Shown here piece by piece: positions 29,591-38,861 of a stretch of DNA of 64,000 nucleotides. The position numbers and the translations under genes are program-made. Source of the DNA: Vulcanimicrobiota bacterium (GTDB taxonomy: Bacteria > Vulcanimicrobiota > Xenobia > Xenobiales > JADMJV01); contig JBFWNU010000001.1 in assembly GCA_050250895.1 (NCBI GenBank), positions 3,520,149-3,584,148 on the forward strand, read 5' to 3'. Under the pieces are notes generated by a model, which had not been told where the DNA came from, did not search any database, and worked only from the letters and a program-made list of their open reading frames with translations. Every line of letters begins with the position of its first letter. Positions within the stretch are counted from its first letter, which is position 1.

Positions 29591-31588
29591 TTATTTAAAG
29601 CTAGCCACGAAGGTTCCGGTCCAGCCGGGGTCGGGGGGATGGACCAGGTAGTGACGACAGCGGCGGGCCAGAGTCAACGAAGGACCGTCCTGACCGAGTG
29701 CCTCGAACGCTTCCAGGGCCGCCTCGAAGTCGCGCTGGCCATAGAGCTGCCAGGCCTTCTCGTAAGCCTCGATCAGGTCGTCTTCGAGGTCGGTGACCAA
29801 CTCATAGATGTCGACTCCCTCGAGCCGTCCCTTGACCACCACCCGGTCCACGTGGCGAAAGCGCAGGTCGTCGCCGGCCCCTTGCCGGATGGGCGCAGTG
29901 ACGAGGATGGTGGTGCCGTAAAGCTTGTTGAGCCCCTCGATGCGCGAGCATAGATTGACTCCATCCCCGAGCAAGCCATAGTTGAGTCGTTCGGCCGAGC
30001 CGAAATGGCCCACCATGACCCGATCGGCGTGCAAGCCATAGCGGGTATGCCAGGGCAGGTCGCGGGTGGCCTTCACGCAATCGAGGGCCGCCAGACAGGC
30101 GGCCCGCGCGTGGTTGTCGTGCCGTTCGGGCGCGTTCCAGACGCACAGCAAGGCGTCGCCAACCCGCTCGAGCAACGACCCACCATAGCGATGGATGGGG
30201 CCACTCATACGTTGGAGGTAGTCGGCTAGCTGGCCGGCCAGATGGTCGACACCGGCTTGCTCAGCGAAGGTGGTAAAGGATTCGACATCGGTGAACATCA
30301 TGCTCACCTCGCGCACCTCGCCCCCCAGTTCGGGACTCAGACGCTCGGCCAGTAGCTGGCGCACCAGACCCAGGGGAGAATACTTCGACAGGGCCCGCAG
30401 CGAGACTTTCGACCCCTCCAGGCTCTGGCCCACCCGGGCCATCTCGCTCAGGTTGAGTGTGGTGGGCTCGGCTCCGAATTCGAAATCGCGCAGCTGGTCA
30501 GCAGCCGCCACCAGTTTCGAGAGGTCTTCGTGGACCAGCCGCAACAGCCAGCAGCCCCCGCCGATCAAGAGCAGAGCGGCAAGGGTTGTCAGCACTATCA
30601 ACCGTCGCCAGGCCCCGGCCAGCGGGGCCAGCAGTTCGCTCTCGGGCAACACCTGGCCGACCACCCAGTCCTGGCTGCCGGCCAACCAGCGAAAGGCTAC
30701 CAGATAGCGACCCTGATCGGTGTCGACCCGGCCGAACCAGCTGGGGTTTCCAGGTCCCAGCCGGGCCCCGCGCAAAGCCGCGAGCGCCTCGGTGATTTCC
30801 GTGGGGGACTGGTCTGCCGCAAAGCGAAGATTGCCGTCTTGTTCCACTAGCCGATCCTGAGCCGACAACGGTGTCACGAGACCGCCGCCGGGATCGCCCA
30901 GGAAGACCCAGTGGTGCCGGCCCGGCTGGGCCCCGAGTAAGGCCGGCACCCGCCCCAGTCGTTCGACCGGCCGGGCTACCCTGACCACTGCCAGCAGCCG
31001 TCCCCGGTCGTAGATGGCTTTTTGCAAGGTAACGACCACCCGACCATCGGTCTGAGAGTAGTGCAGGTCGCTCCATACCGAGCGTCCCTGAAAGTCGAGC
31101 GAGGCGGCCGTGCGCACCGTGGCGTGCTCGACCGGATCGCTCGGCAGACAATCGGTCGAGACGGTGATCTGGCCATTCTCGTCGCGTAGCGCGCAGACAT
31201 AGCGCCGACCGTCGCGACGGAAACGCGGGGCGCCTCTTTGGTCGTAGCCGTCGACGGCGGCCCAGACCAGGGTGACCTCCGAAACGCCGTTGTTGCGCCC
31301 CAGCAACCTGCGCAGGTCACTGGCCACCTGAGGAGATCCGAGGCGGGGCTTGAGTTCGCCTTCAAACAGTTCGACGATCGACTCGAGCTCAGTCAGGAAA
31401 GCCGATACTTCCTGCTGGGCCTGGCGGTTGAGGCCGTCCAGGCGCAAGAGCAGGTCGCCGCCTCCCAGCCAGGATTGGCGACTGGTCTGATAGACCATGC
31501 CCAACAGCACCACCAACAGCGCCACAGTGGCCAGAATGCTGAGCAAAGATAGACGAGCCAGACTTGGCTGCCGACCTGAGAGCGGCAT
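29591..31588 (-). CDS. Membrane class III nucleotidyl cyclase (Cache-like sensor, HAMP-like linker, cyclase, TPR-like tail)
   Basis: Two TMs; MFTDVESFT, ERVGDA, GDGVNLCSRIEG and VVKGR motifs. Confidence 0.9.
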   Translation of the reverse strand: MPLSGRQPSLARLSLLSILATVALLVVLLGMVYQTSRQSWLGGGDLLLRLDGLNRQAQQEVSAFLTELESIVELFEGELKPRLGSPQVASDLRRLLGRNNGVSEVTLVWAAVDGYDQRGAPRFRRDGRRYVCALRDENGQITVSTDCLPSDPVEHATVRTAASLDFQGRSVWSDLHYSQTDGRVVVTLQKAIYDRGRLLAVVRVARPVERLGRVPALLGAQPGRHHWVFLGDPGGGLVTPLSAQDRLVEQDGNLRFAADQSPTEITEALAALRGARLGPGNPSWFGRVDTDQGRYLVAFRWLAGSQDWVVGQVLPESELLAPLAGAWRRLIVLTTLAALLLIGGGCWLLRLVHEDLSKLVAAADQLRDFEFGAEPTTLNLSEMARVGQSLEGSKVSLRALSKYSPLGLVRQLLAERLSPELGGEVREVSMMFTDVESFTTFAEQAGVDHLAGQLADYLQRMSGPIHRYGGSLLERVGDALLCVWNAPERHDNHARAACLAALDCVKATRDLPWHTRYGLHADRVMVGHFGSAERLNYGLLGDGVNLCSRIEGLNKLYGTTILVTAPIRQGAGDDLRFRHVDRVVVKGRLEGVDIYELVTDLEDDLIEAYEKAWQLYGQRDFEAALEAFEALGQDGPSLTLARRCRHYLVHPPDPGWTGTFVASFK

Positions 31589-31655
31589 TCCAGGGCTTTC
31601 GCGATGGAGCCGGCATGATCATTGCGGTCGGGCTGTGAACGACTCGTAGCGGAGA

Positions 31656-31720
31656 GTTTACAAGGCGTTTACATGGCAGAGTGAAATTTCAAGCGGCTCT
31701 CCGGATGGGTGCCCTAGAAT
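31656..31720 (+). promoter_or_regulatory. Tandem 11-bp direct repeat plus -10 box
   Basis: GTTTACAAGGC GTTTACATGGC at 31656-31677 and TAGAAT at 31715-31720. Confidence 0.5.
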
Positions 31721-31750
31721 CGGACAAAGTCATCCAGGAGGTCACCCACA

Positions 31751-31861
31751 ATGATGTTGCGCCACGAGCTTTCCGAAATCGCCGCCGGCCTGTCGGCCTG
31801 TTTTTCCAGTTCCTTCTCTGGTCCCGTGCTGAGCGCCGGTCTGGCTGCGTTTGGTCGTTGA
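31751..31861 (+). CDS. Small peptide, 36 aa (MMLRHELSEIAAGLSACFSSSFSGPVLSAGLAAFGR)
   Basis: AGGAGGT Shine-Dalgarno 8 nt before the ATG, an upstream -10 box, and an exact fit to the intergenic gap. Confidence 0.55.
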   Translation: MMLRHELSEIAAGLSACFSSSFSGPVLSAGLAAFGR

Positions 31862-31865
31862 GCGG

Positions 31866-32453
31866 TCAGGCGTCTCGCAACAGGCCGTCGCGGACGGCTT
31901 GCTCGATGCGCTCGGCCATGTGGTCCCATAGCGTCTGAGAGCCCTCGGCAATGGGCGAGCAGCGTCGCCAGACGGCCGAGCGGCAGACCTGATTCTCGAG
32001 CCAGCTCTGGCCGTCGGTCAACAGATTGTGCAACAACGGCTGGAATCGGTCCAGGGCCGAGGCAAACCTGGCGTCGGCCGTTGCACCCTCTTCGAATTCG
32101 TCCCATAGTCGCCGCAACTCGGAGGCCTGATCGGGCGGCAAGAGCGCGAAGACCCGGTCGGCTGCGGCCAATTCTCGTTCGTGCTTGTCGACCTGGGCCT
32201 CGGGATCATAGGCATAGCTGTCGCCGGCATCGATTTCGACGAGATCGTGGACCAGCACCATCTTGACCACTCGGGTCAGGTCCACCGGCTCATTGGAATA
32301 CTCGGCCAGCACGATGGCCAGCATGGCCAGATGCCACGAGTGCTCTGCGTCGTTTTCTCGACGGCTCTTGTCTAAGAGCAGGGTCTGGCGCTGGATGTTC
32401 TTGAGCTTGTCAATCTCGGCCAGAAACTCCAGCTGTTGGCGTAGTCGTTCCAT
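31866..32453 (-). CDS. HD-domain hydrolase (YfbR/HDDC2-like)
   Basis: ENDAEHSWH, LVHDLVEIDAGD and LDRFQP motifs. Confidence 0.9.
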   Translation of the reverse strand: MERLRQQLEFLAEIDKLKNIQRQTLLLDKSRRENDAEHSWHLAMLAIVLAEYSNEPVDLTRVVKMVLVHDLVEIDAGDSYAYDPEAQVDKHERELAAADRVFALLPPDQASELRRLWDEFEEGATADARFASALDRFQPLLHNLLTDGQSWLENQVCRSAVWRRCSPIAEGSQTLWDHMAERIEQAVRDGLLRDA

Positions 32454-32455
32454 GT

Positions 32456-35400
32456 TTATCGCAATCCGAAGAACGAGCCCAGGCGCCCGAGGGTCGACTT
32501 GCCGTCGAAGACCTGGGCCAGGCCGCGCAGCTCTCCTTCTAGCTGAAAATCCCAGCACAGCTCCCACACCCGCACCGTGCCGTCGGCCCCGGCCGTGACC
32601 AGGTTGCGCCCGAAGGGCCCGGCCCAGCCCGACACGACGGGCCCGCGGTGAGGAGTGAACTGGCTGAAGGCCTGGCCGGTGGTCAGATCCCAGACGAACA
32701 TGTGGCCGTCGGCGCCGGCTGAAACCGCAGCCAGCAATTTCGGCCAGAGGTGGACGAAGACCACCCGGTTGCTATGTCCCTCGAGGGTGATACAGCATTT
32801 GCCCGAGCGGGTCTGCCACAATCGCAGTTGATGATCCTCGCCAGCGGTGATGGCGAATTCGCCGTCATCATCGAGGTCACCGGCCGTGACCTCTCGGCCC
32901 GGCGCCTCCCTGAGAGCCCGCGCGTCCAGGTTCTTGTGGGCCTTGGGTAGAGCCCAGAAACCGAAGCTAGGCCCGGTAACGCCGTAGGCCAGATCGGGAG
33001 TGGTGGCTACCAACTGTCCCCCTTCGAACTGCCGCAAGATGGTCAGGTTCTCGAGGTCGACCAGGTGGATGTGCCCGCTCTGGGTCGAGGCCACCGCGAA
33101 CAGGCCCCGCTGGTCGGGGCAGATGGAAAGCACCGTTTCGTCGAGCGACAGGCGTTGATCGGCCTGCAACGAGCGCGGGTCCACGATCAAGAGCTGTCCC
33201 GATCGGGTACCGACCAGCAGTCGCCCGGTAGCGTGGGCGATGGCGCTGGCATCACTCACGGCCAGGGTGTTCAGGCGCCGGCCACTGCTGATGGAAAAGA
33301 GCGAGACCTGGCCCTGATGGCGCACGAAAATGGTCTCGTTGACAAAGTCGGCACAGACCTCTTCGGCCCCGGGGCAGTCGATCGACTGACGCTCCCACAA
33401 CTCCGACACCTTGTCGCGGGGCAGAAAGTCGCCCAATTCGAGCAACATATCCAGCACGCGACGGTCGCGGGCGTAGCCGCGCACGCCGCGGGCCCGCATG
33501 AGGTCCCGATAGGCCAGGCCGGCCGAGCCGGCCTCGAGGTGCTGGCAAGCCTTGCCATAGAACTCTTCAAAAGAACTGCGGGTCAACTCTTCCTCGGCCA
33601 GGCTGCGGCCTCGGGTGATCAACAGCTCGCGCTGGTAGACCCGGTTCTCTTCGTCGTATTCCCACAGGCACAGCCGATCGGAGGCGGTGACGATATAGCT
33701 GCCGGCCACGATGGCTTTGAGGCCCTGCTCGTGGGGCTCCCATTGGCGCAGGCGGTGGCGGCGAGCGAGCGACCACAGGGTCAGCTGCCCTTCGGATTCG
33801 AACAGCAGGTGATCTTGGGGGGTGAAGCAGGCGGGGCCTTCCGTCGAGAAAAGCAGGTGGCCGGCCAGATCGAACACCTCTTTGAGGCCACCCTCATGTT
33901 CGACCATCAAGAAGCGCTCCGACGGGCTCAGCCGAGCGGTCAGCGGCTGGCCGTGGACGCTGTAGTCGACCATGGGTTGAACTTTGGCCAGGTCCCACAT
34001 GCGCACGGTGGCTCCCACCGCGATGACCACCGGTTGGTGGGCAAAGAGCAGCAGTTGGCGAATCACCCCGTGGTCGGCTGGGAACTTGTGCAACAGCTCG
34101 CCGTTCTCGGCGGCGATGATGCCCAACTCACCGTCGGCCGTGCCTCCTACCACCTGGCCGCCGTCGGGGGTCAGGCCCGCGCAAGTCAGCGGCTGGCCCC
34201 AGGCGCTGATGGTGTAGCCATCGCGGTTGAGCAGCCGGCTGGCCGTTCCGGCCACCACCAGGCGGTCGCCGGCCAGGCACAGCAACCGCTCGTCGGGAAG
34301 CTCCCAGGCCAGCTCGCCAGTGTCGAGTCGCCAGGCACGGGCCGGCACCTGATCGAGCGAGTAGAGCAAGGCTCCGTCACAGGTCAGGCGGCGGGGTCCG
34401 TTAGCCAGTTCAGAAGACCACAACCACTGGTGCTCGGGATGCCAGGCCGCTAACCACGTCTCGCCGGCCACAAAGACCGTATGGCCGTGCAGATAGCAGG
34501 AACGGGCCGGCCCCGGCAGCCCCAGCGTTTCGACCGGATTCGAGCGCGGAAAGAACACGCGGTCGTCGACCCCACGGACCCCGAGCCGGGCCATGCGCCT
34601 CCGGGTCAGGGTCAAGCCGTCGTTGGGCATCTGGTTGAGGGCAGTGGCATAGGCTCGTTCCGCGGCAAAGAAGGCGTCCTGATACATCAGGGCGTCGCCC
34701 ATGGCGCGATGGGCCACGCCGCGCTCGGCCCACTCGGGTTCGCGCACCGCCTTTTCGAATACCTTGACCGCCTCGGGGTAGCGGCCGCACTCGGTCAGGA
34801 AGAGCCCGAGCTGAAAGGTGGCCCCAGCCTGCTCGAGGCGGCGCACGACCTCGTCGGCGGTCAGCTTGGAGCGACGCCATTCCAGCAGCGAGCGGTTGAA
34901 GACCGTCTCGTGGTGCTGGCCGTCGAGGTTGGCGGCTTCGTTCCAACTGTCTAACGCCTCCTCGGTCTGGTTGAGGTTATACAGTGAAACGGCTCGGTTG
35001 TTGAGCGAGTCGGCCCTTTGTACCCCCTCGACCGGCTCGGGTCGGGCGTATTCGCTGCCGGTGATTTGGCGATAGAGGACGGCTAACTCCTGGCGCATGG
35101 CCGTGGCGGTGGGCGGGCGCCCCTCGGGTTTTTTGGACAGACAGGCCAGGATAAAGTCATTGAGGGGTCCGGGAATATCCTCACGCAGGCTCCGGGGAGA
35201 GGGAACGGGCGTGTTCCAATGGTGCTGGATCATGCCGATGCCGTCCTGGGGCTTTTCGGTCTGGAACGGAATGCGACCCACGCACAGCTCGAAAAGAACG
35301 ACCCCCAGGGCATAAATGTCGATGGGCGGACCGATGGTGGCGCCGGCGATCCACTGCTCTGGCGCCCCATAGTCGGGCGTGCCCAGCAGAGCCCCCTCGA

Positions 35401-35938
35401 GCTTGGTGCCGGACTCGGCCGAACTGACCGTTTTGACGATCCCGAAGTCGGTCACACAGACGCGGTCGTCACCTCGGACCAGCAGGTTGGCGGGCTTGAC
35501 GTCGCGGTGAATGACTCCGTGGCGGTGGGCGTGGGTGAGACCGTCGGCCGCCTGAATGATCAAATCCAGGATCTTGGTCCACTCGCCGGGTCGCACATAG
35601 CCCTGGTCGATCCAGTCTTTGATGCTGCCACCGGTCAGATAGTCCAGGAAGAGCGCAGGCACCCCCAGGTATTCACGCACGTACCAGCACTGCACGATGT
35701 TCGGGTGGGCCCCCAGGTCGATCCAGGTCTGCGCCTCGCGTACGAACCCCTCGCGGTGGATGGGCTTCTTCATCATCTCGGGCAAAGGCACCTTGACGGC
35801 CATGTCGAGGTTCCATTCCAGGTGCCCAACCCGCACCACCGCCCCCATACCACCGACTCCGATGATTCCTTTGACTTCATAGAGCCCGTCGAGGACCGTT
35901 CCCGGCCGCCAGGACTCAAGACCTGCGATAAGAGTCAT
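32456..35938 (-). CDS. Ser/Thr protein kinase with TPR and WD40 repeats
   Basis: GVGGMG, HRDVKPAN, DFG and GAPE, then a TPR region and WD repeats (TAGADGTVRVWE). Confidence 0.92.
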   Translation of the reverse strand: MTLIAGLESWRPGTVLDGLYEVKGIIGVGGMGAVVRVGHLEWNLDMAVKVPLPEMMKKPIHREGFVREAQTWIDLGAHPNIVQCWYVREYLGVPALFLDYLTGGSIKDWIDQGYVRPGEWTKILDLIIQAADGLTHAHRHGVIHRDVKPANLLVRGDDRVCVTDFGIVKTVSSAESGTKLEGALLGTPDYGAPEQWIAGATIGPPIDIYALGVVLFELCVGRIPFQTEKPQDGIGMIQHHWNTPVPSPRSLREDIPGPLNDFILACLSKKPEGRPPTATAMRQELAVLYRQITGSEYARPEPVEGVQRADSLNNRAVSLYNLNQTEEALDSWNEAANLDGQHHETVFNRSLLEWRRSKLTADEVVRRLEQAGATFQLGLFLTECGRYPEAVKVFEKAVREPEWAERGVAHRAMGDALMYQDAFFAAERAYATALNQMPNDGLTLTRRRMARLGVRGVDDRVFFPRSNPVETLGLPGPARSCYLHGHTVFVAGETWLAAWHPEHQWLWSSELANGPRRLTCDGALLYSLDQVPARAWRLDTGELAWELPDERLLCLAGDRLVVAGTASRLLNRDGYTISAWGQPLTCAGLTPDGGQVVGGTADGELGIIAAENGELLHKFPADHGVIRQLLLFAHQPVVIAVGATVRMWDLAKVQPMVDYSVHGQPLTARLSPSERFLMVEHEGGLKEVFDLAGHLLFSTEGPACFTPQDHLLFESEGQLTLWSLARRHRLRQWEPHEQGLKAIVAGSYIVTASDRLCLWEYDEENRVYQRELLITRGRSLAEEELTRSSFEEFYGKACQHLEAGSAGLAYRDLMRARGVRGYARDRRVLDMLLELGDFLPRDKVSELWERQSIDCPGAEEVCADFVNETIFVRHQGQVSLFSISSGRRLNTLAVSDASAIAHATGRLLVGTRSGQLLIVDPRSLQADQRLSLDETVLSICPDQRGLFAVASTQSGHIHLVDLENLTILRQFEGGQLVATTPDLAYGVTGPSFGFWALPKAHKNLDARALREAPGREVTAGDLDDDGEFAITAGEDHQLRLWQTRSGKCCITLEGHSNRVVFVHLWPKLLAAVSAGADGHMFVWDLTTGQAFSQFTPHRGPVVSGWAGPFGRNLVTAGADGTVRVWELCWDFQLEGELRGLAQVFDGKSTLGRLGSFFGLR

Positions 35939-35996
35939 TCCAATAGATTTACCACTTTGTAGTCAGGCTCAATCCCCACCGGTCTCGACAGCAGTT

Positions 35997-36041
35997 GTTC
36001 ACAAGACGGTAAGGACTGCCTCACCGACTGCCGCGTAAAAT
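35997..36041 (+). promoter_or_regulatory. Shared tandem-box promoter (variant)
   Basis: GTTCAC/GGTAAG/CCTCAC at an 11-bp period, then N11, TAAAAT and 9 nt to the ATG. Confidence 0.45.
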
Positions 36042-36050
36042 AGCCGAGGA

Positions 36051-37601
36051 ATGAAGATCACGCCACTTTCCGTTCCGCGAGCCCCAGTTACGGTTCGTGC
36101 CGAACAGCCGTCTGGCGGGGACCGGGTCGAACTGGGCGCCCCCGAGCGGCTGCCCGATTGGCGTTTTGCCCTCAAATACAGCAATCAAGAAATTCTCGAC
36201 CGGCCCCAGGTGGCCGAGCGCTTTCTGGACGAGTACCTCCAGCACGAAGCGACTTTCTTCGCCATGGCTCGCGATCCCGAATCGGGCTTGAGCTTCGACG
36301 GCGTCAACCTGGACCCGGCTACCGGCGAGCCTATCAGTGTGCGCCGCTTCTCGGCCGCCTCGAAGGAATGTCTCGACCTGGCCCTGTGTGTGAAAGCCCT
36401 TTACGGCGATCCGCTGGTCTCGAAGGTGGTGAGTCCGTCGGATCCCAGCCTGGCTCCGGAAGTGGCGGCCGCCATCCTCGAGCGCAAGATTCGCAGCTAT
36501 CAACGTTACGAACAGGATTATCCGGGCTTTGGCGGCTATTTCACCTGGTTTGACTCGGGCGAAAAGGCCGCGCCCGTGCAAGGCTGGGCCAGGGCCTTTC
36601 CCACCCTCGACCTGGGCGAGATGATGTGGTCGCTCTTGCTGGTCGAAAAAGCCCTGCGCGACACTGGCCGCGGCGAGACCGCGCAGGCCTATCAAGCTTA
36701 CAACGAGCGGCTGCGCGCTCAGGCTCGCGAGGCAATGTTCGACCCCGTGAGCGAGCGTATCAGCGGCCATGTCGAGGTGAGTGACCCTCTCGACGCCGAG
36801 TCGCGTTTCATCGGCCGCGGCGCCATGACCGGCGAGCACGGGGTCCACGAGGGCCAGATGATCATCCTCTACATGAGCCTGTTCGCCGGCCTGCCCGAGG
36901 ACAAGATCCAGGCCATCTGGGACGACATCAAGATGGTGCGCGTCGAGCACAAGCATGGAACCACCTGGCAGGGCTATTGGGGCTCGCCCCACGAGGAGTG
37001 GGCCTATCTGTTCTTGCCCTATCGCGATATCGACGGCTTCAAGGACCTCTTCCGCATCCGCGAAGAGATTCGCGCCCAGAACGCGTTCGACCGGGGCTAT
37101 CCCGGCTTTGCCGCCTCGGCCCACAATCCGGCCCACGAGGGCTACATGTCGGCCTGTGGGATCGAAGGGGTGGGCAGCCAGGGGGTTGACCATAACGACA
37201 CCTACACCCCTTACGGAGCCTTTCCGATGCTGCTGCAGTTTGCCGGCGAACTGACTGGCAACGTCGGTCTGGCCTGGCTGCACAACATGCTGGTCGGACC
37301 TCGCCTGCAGGGACCGTTGGGAGCCGGTGAATCGGGCACCAACGACGGCACCGGCGCGGCTCCGGTCAAGACCATCGATGTCAGCTTTACCAACCTGCTC
37401 GCTCTCGCTGGCGGCCTCGAAGACGAGACCGCCGACCTGCTCAAGGAAATGGGCAAATACGACCAGTTCCAGCAGATCATGACGGGCGAGTTTCAAGAGA
37501 CCTTTGCCGAGGCCCCCTTGCGCGAGCCCATCGGCTTTCACGCCCCGGGGCCGCCGGCCCCGCCAGGACGTGAGTATCTGCTGGCCGAACAACCATCCTA
37601 A
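36051..37601 (+). CDS. Putative endo-beta-1,2-glucanase, GH162-like
   Basis: GLSFDG..LDPATG, FSAASKE, YPGFGGYFTWF, LDLGE, HEEW and DTYTPY resemble fungal GH162 motifs as I recall them. Confidence 0.65.
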   Translation: MKITPLSVPRAPVTVRAEQPSGGDRVELGAPERLPDWRFALKYSNQEILDRPQVAERFLDEYLQHEATFFAMARDPESGLSFDGVNLDPATGEPISVRRFSAASKECLDLALCVKALYGDPLVSKVVSPSDPSLAPEVAAAILERKIRSYQRYEQDYPGFGGYFTWFDSGEKAAPVQGWARAFPTLDLGEMMWSLLLVEKALRDTGRGETAQAYQAYNERLRAQAREAMFDPVSERISGHVEVSDPLDAESRFIGRGAMTGEHGVHEGQMIILYMSLFAGLPEDKIQAIWDDIKMVRVEHKHGTTWQGYWGSPHEEWAYLFLPYRDIDGFKDLFRIREEIRAQNAFDRGYPGFAASAHNPAHEGYMSACGIEGVGSQGVDHNDTYTPYGAFPMLLQFAGELTGNVGLAWLHNMLVGPRLQGPLGAGESGTNDGTGAAPVKTIDVSFTNLLALAGGLEDETADLLKEMGKYDQFQQIMTGEFQETFAEAPLREPIGFHAPGPPAPPGREYLLAEQPS

Positions 37602-37611
37602 AGGACGCGCC

Positions 37612-38193
37612 ATGAAAATCAACCCCTTCGGTCAACCCGTGCAATACTCCGGACCCCCCCGCGGCTCCACCAGCCGACCTGACGAGGCGGTTCCGGCCGA
37701 GACCCTCGACCTGTCCGACCGGGCGGCCCAGGTTAAGTCGGCCGGCGGCGGCTGGTGGCGCAGCCTGGCCGTGGCCGGTATGCTGGCCCTGGGCGCCACG
37801 GCAGCCATGAGCCCTCCAGCCGTGGCCCAGACGGTGCAGTGCGAGACCCAGGCGGCCATGCCGTTTCAGCTGGTGCGGGCCAAGGACGGCACGGTGGTGA
37901 TTCACGTCGGCAACGACCGGGTGGTCGACCCCCACAACGGCTCGACTTACAAACTGCCCGGTGCGGCCAAGCAGGCCCGCGCCCTGCAGCGCCTGAGCCT
38001 GAGCGAGCAAGCGTCTCGCTTTGGCGGCACTTCGGCTGACGGCATCTACGCCGAGGTTCCCAGCCAAGGGGGCACAGTCTATCTCGAACAGACCAGCCCC
38101 ACCACCCTTACCGCTAACTCGATCGAACTCGAGCAAGAAGCTGGCGGCGTCTACCTGAATCGCCCTGGCACCGACGACGTGTTGCTACGGTAG
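37612..38193 (+). CDS. Hypothetical protein with N-terminal leader followed by an internal signal-peptide-like segment
   Basis: AAGGA RBS; MKINP...ETLDLS...WWRSLAVAGMLALGATAAMSPPAVAQ. Confidence 0.7.
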   Translation: MKINPFGQPVQYSGPPRGSTSRPDEAVPAETLDLSDRAAQVKSAGGGWWRSLAVAGMLALGATAAMSPPAVAQTVQCETQAAMPFQLVRAKDGTVVIHVGNDRVVDPHNGSTYKLPGAAKQARALQRLSLSEQASRFGGTSADGIYAEVPSQGGTVYLEQTSPTTLTANSIELEQEAGGVYLNRPGTDDVLLR

Positions 38194-38656
38194 AGGGGAG
38201 CGCCGGCTTCGCCGTCGAGAGGGGAGCGCCGGCTTCGCCTTGGCCGAGGGAGGAGCGAGTTGAGCTGTCGCTCAACTCGAGTTTTTTGAGGTACTCGACG
38301 CTGCGCGTCGTTATTCTGGGCGGCTGGCGCCGCTGATGTCCCGAAAAAGAAGGTGGCTCGAACGGTCGCGGGGCGGTGCTCCCACGAACCCGGAGCAATC
38401 CCGGCCTGACTGGCCGCGGGGCGGTGCTCCCACGAAAAGCCGGAGCATGCTCCCACGAAAACTCGGAGCAAGCCCGGCTCGTCCGGCTGCGGGCATTGCT
38501 ACGATAGAGGGGAGCGGCCTCCGGCTTCGCCTTGGCCGAGAGAGGAGCGAGTTGAGCTGGCGCTCAACTCGAGTTTTTGAGGTACTCGACGCTGCGCGTC
38601 GTTATTCTGGGGGGCTGGCGCCGCTGATGTCCCGAAAAAGAAGGTGGCCCGAACGG
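38182..38656. repeat. Structured intergenic repeat: two ~160-180-bp direct copies flanking three hairpin units
   Basis: Copies at 38182-38365 and 38496-38656 are near-identical. TGCTCC-N-GGAGCA hairpins start at 38377, 38425 and 38448. Confidence 0.85.
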
Positions 38657-38861
38657 GGAATTCGGGCCTGGAATTGGGATTTGGGGGGGCGAGACCACCT
38701 GGTATGATTTGGAAAACCGCAACCTGGGGGGGTCACGGTTATCCTAACTTGTTTCATGCCAGGCTCCGGGTCTTGGTTGTTCCGGATGGCCTCTGTTCCA
38801 ACGCTAGGTTACCTCTCGGGGGCGTTTCTGCCAGCCTTCTTTGAGATGCATGGGGGGCATC

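Noticed and set aside
36021-37622. Long antisense ORFs (also 56829-58514, 33065-34453, 39669-40961 and others)
   Set aside because: These are shadow frames typical of high-GC genes. They have no motifs and lie opposite well-supported CDSs.
38182-38656. CRISPR array
   Set aside because: There are no regularly spaced 23-50-bp repeats with unique spacers, and no cas genes in the window.
38657-38861. Short ORFs between the repeat and the amylase
   Set aside because: No convincing RBS or recognisable protein features.
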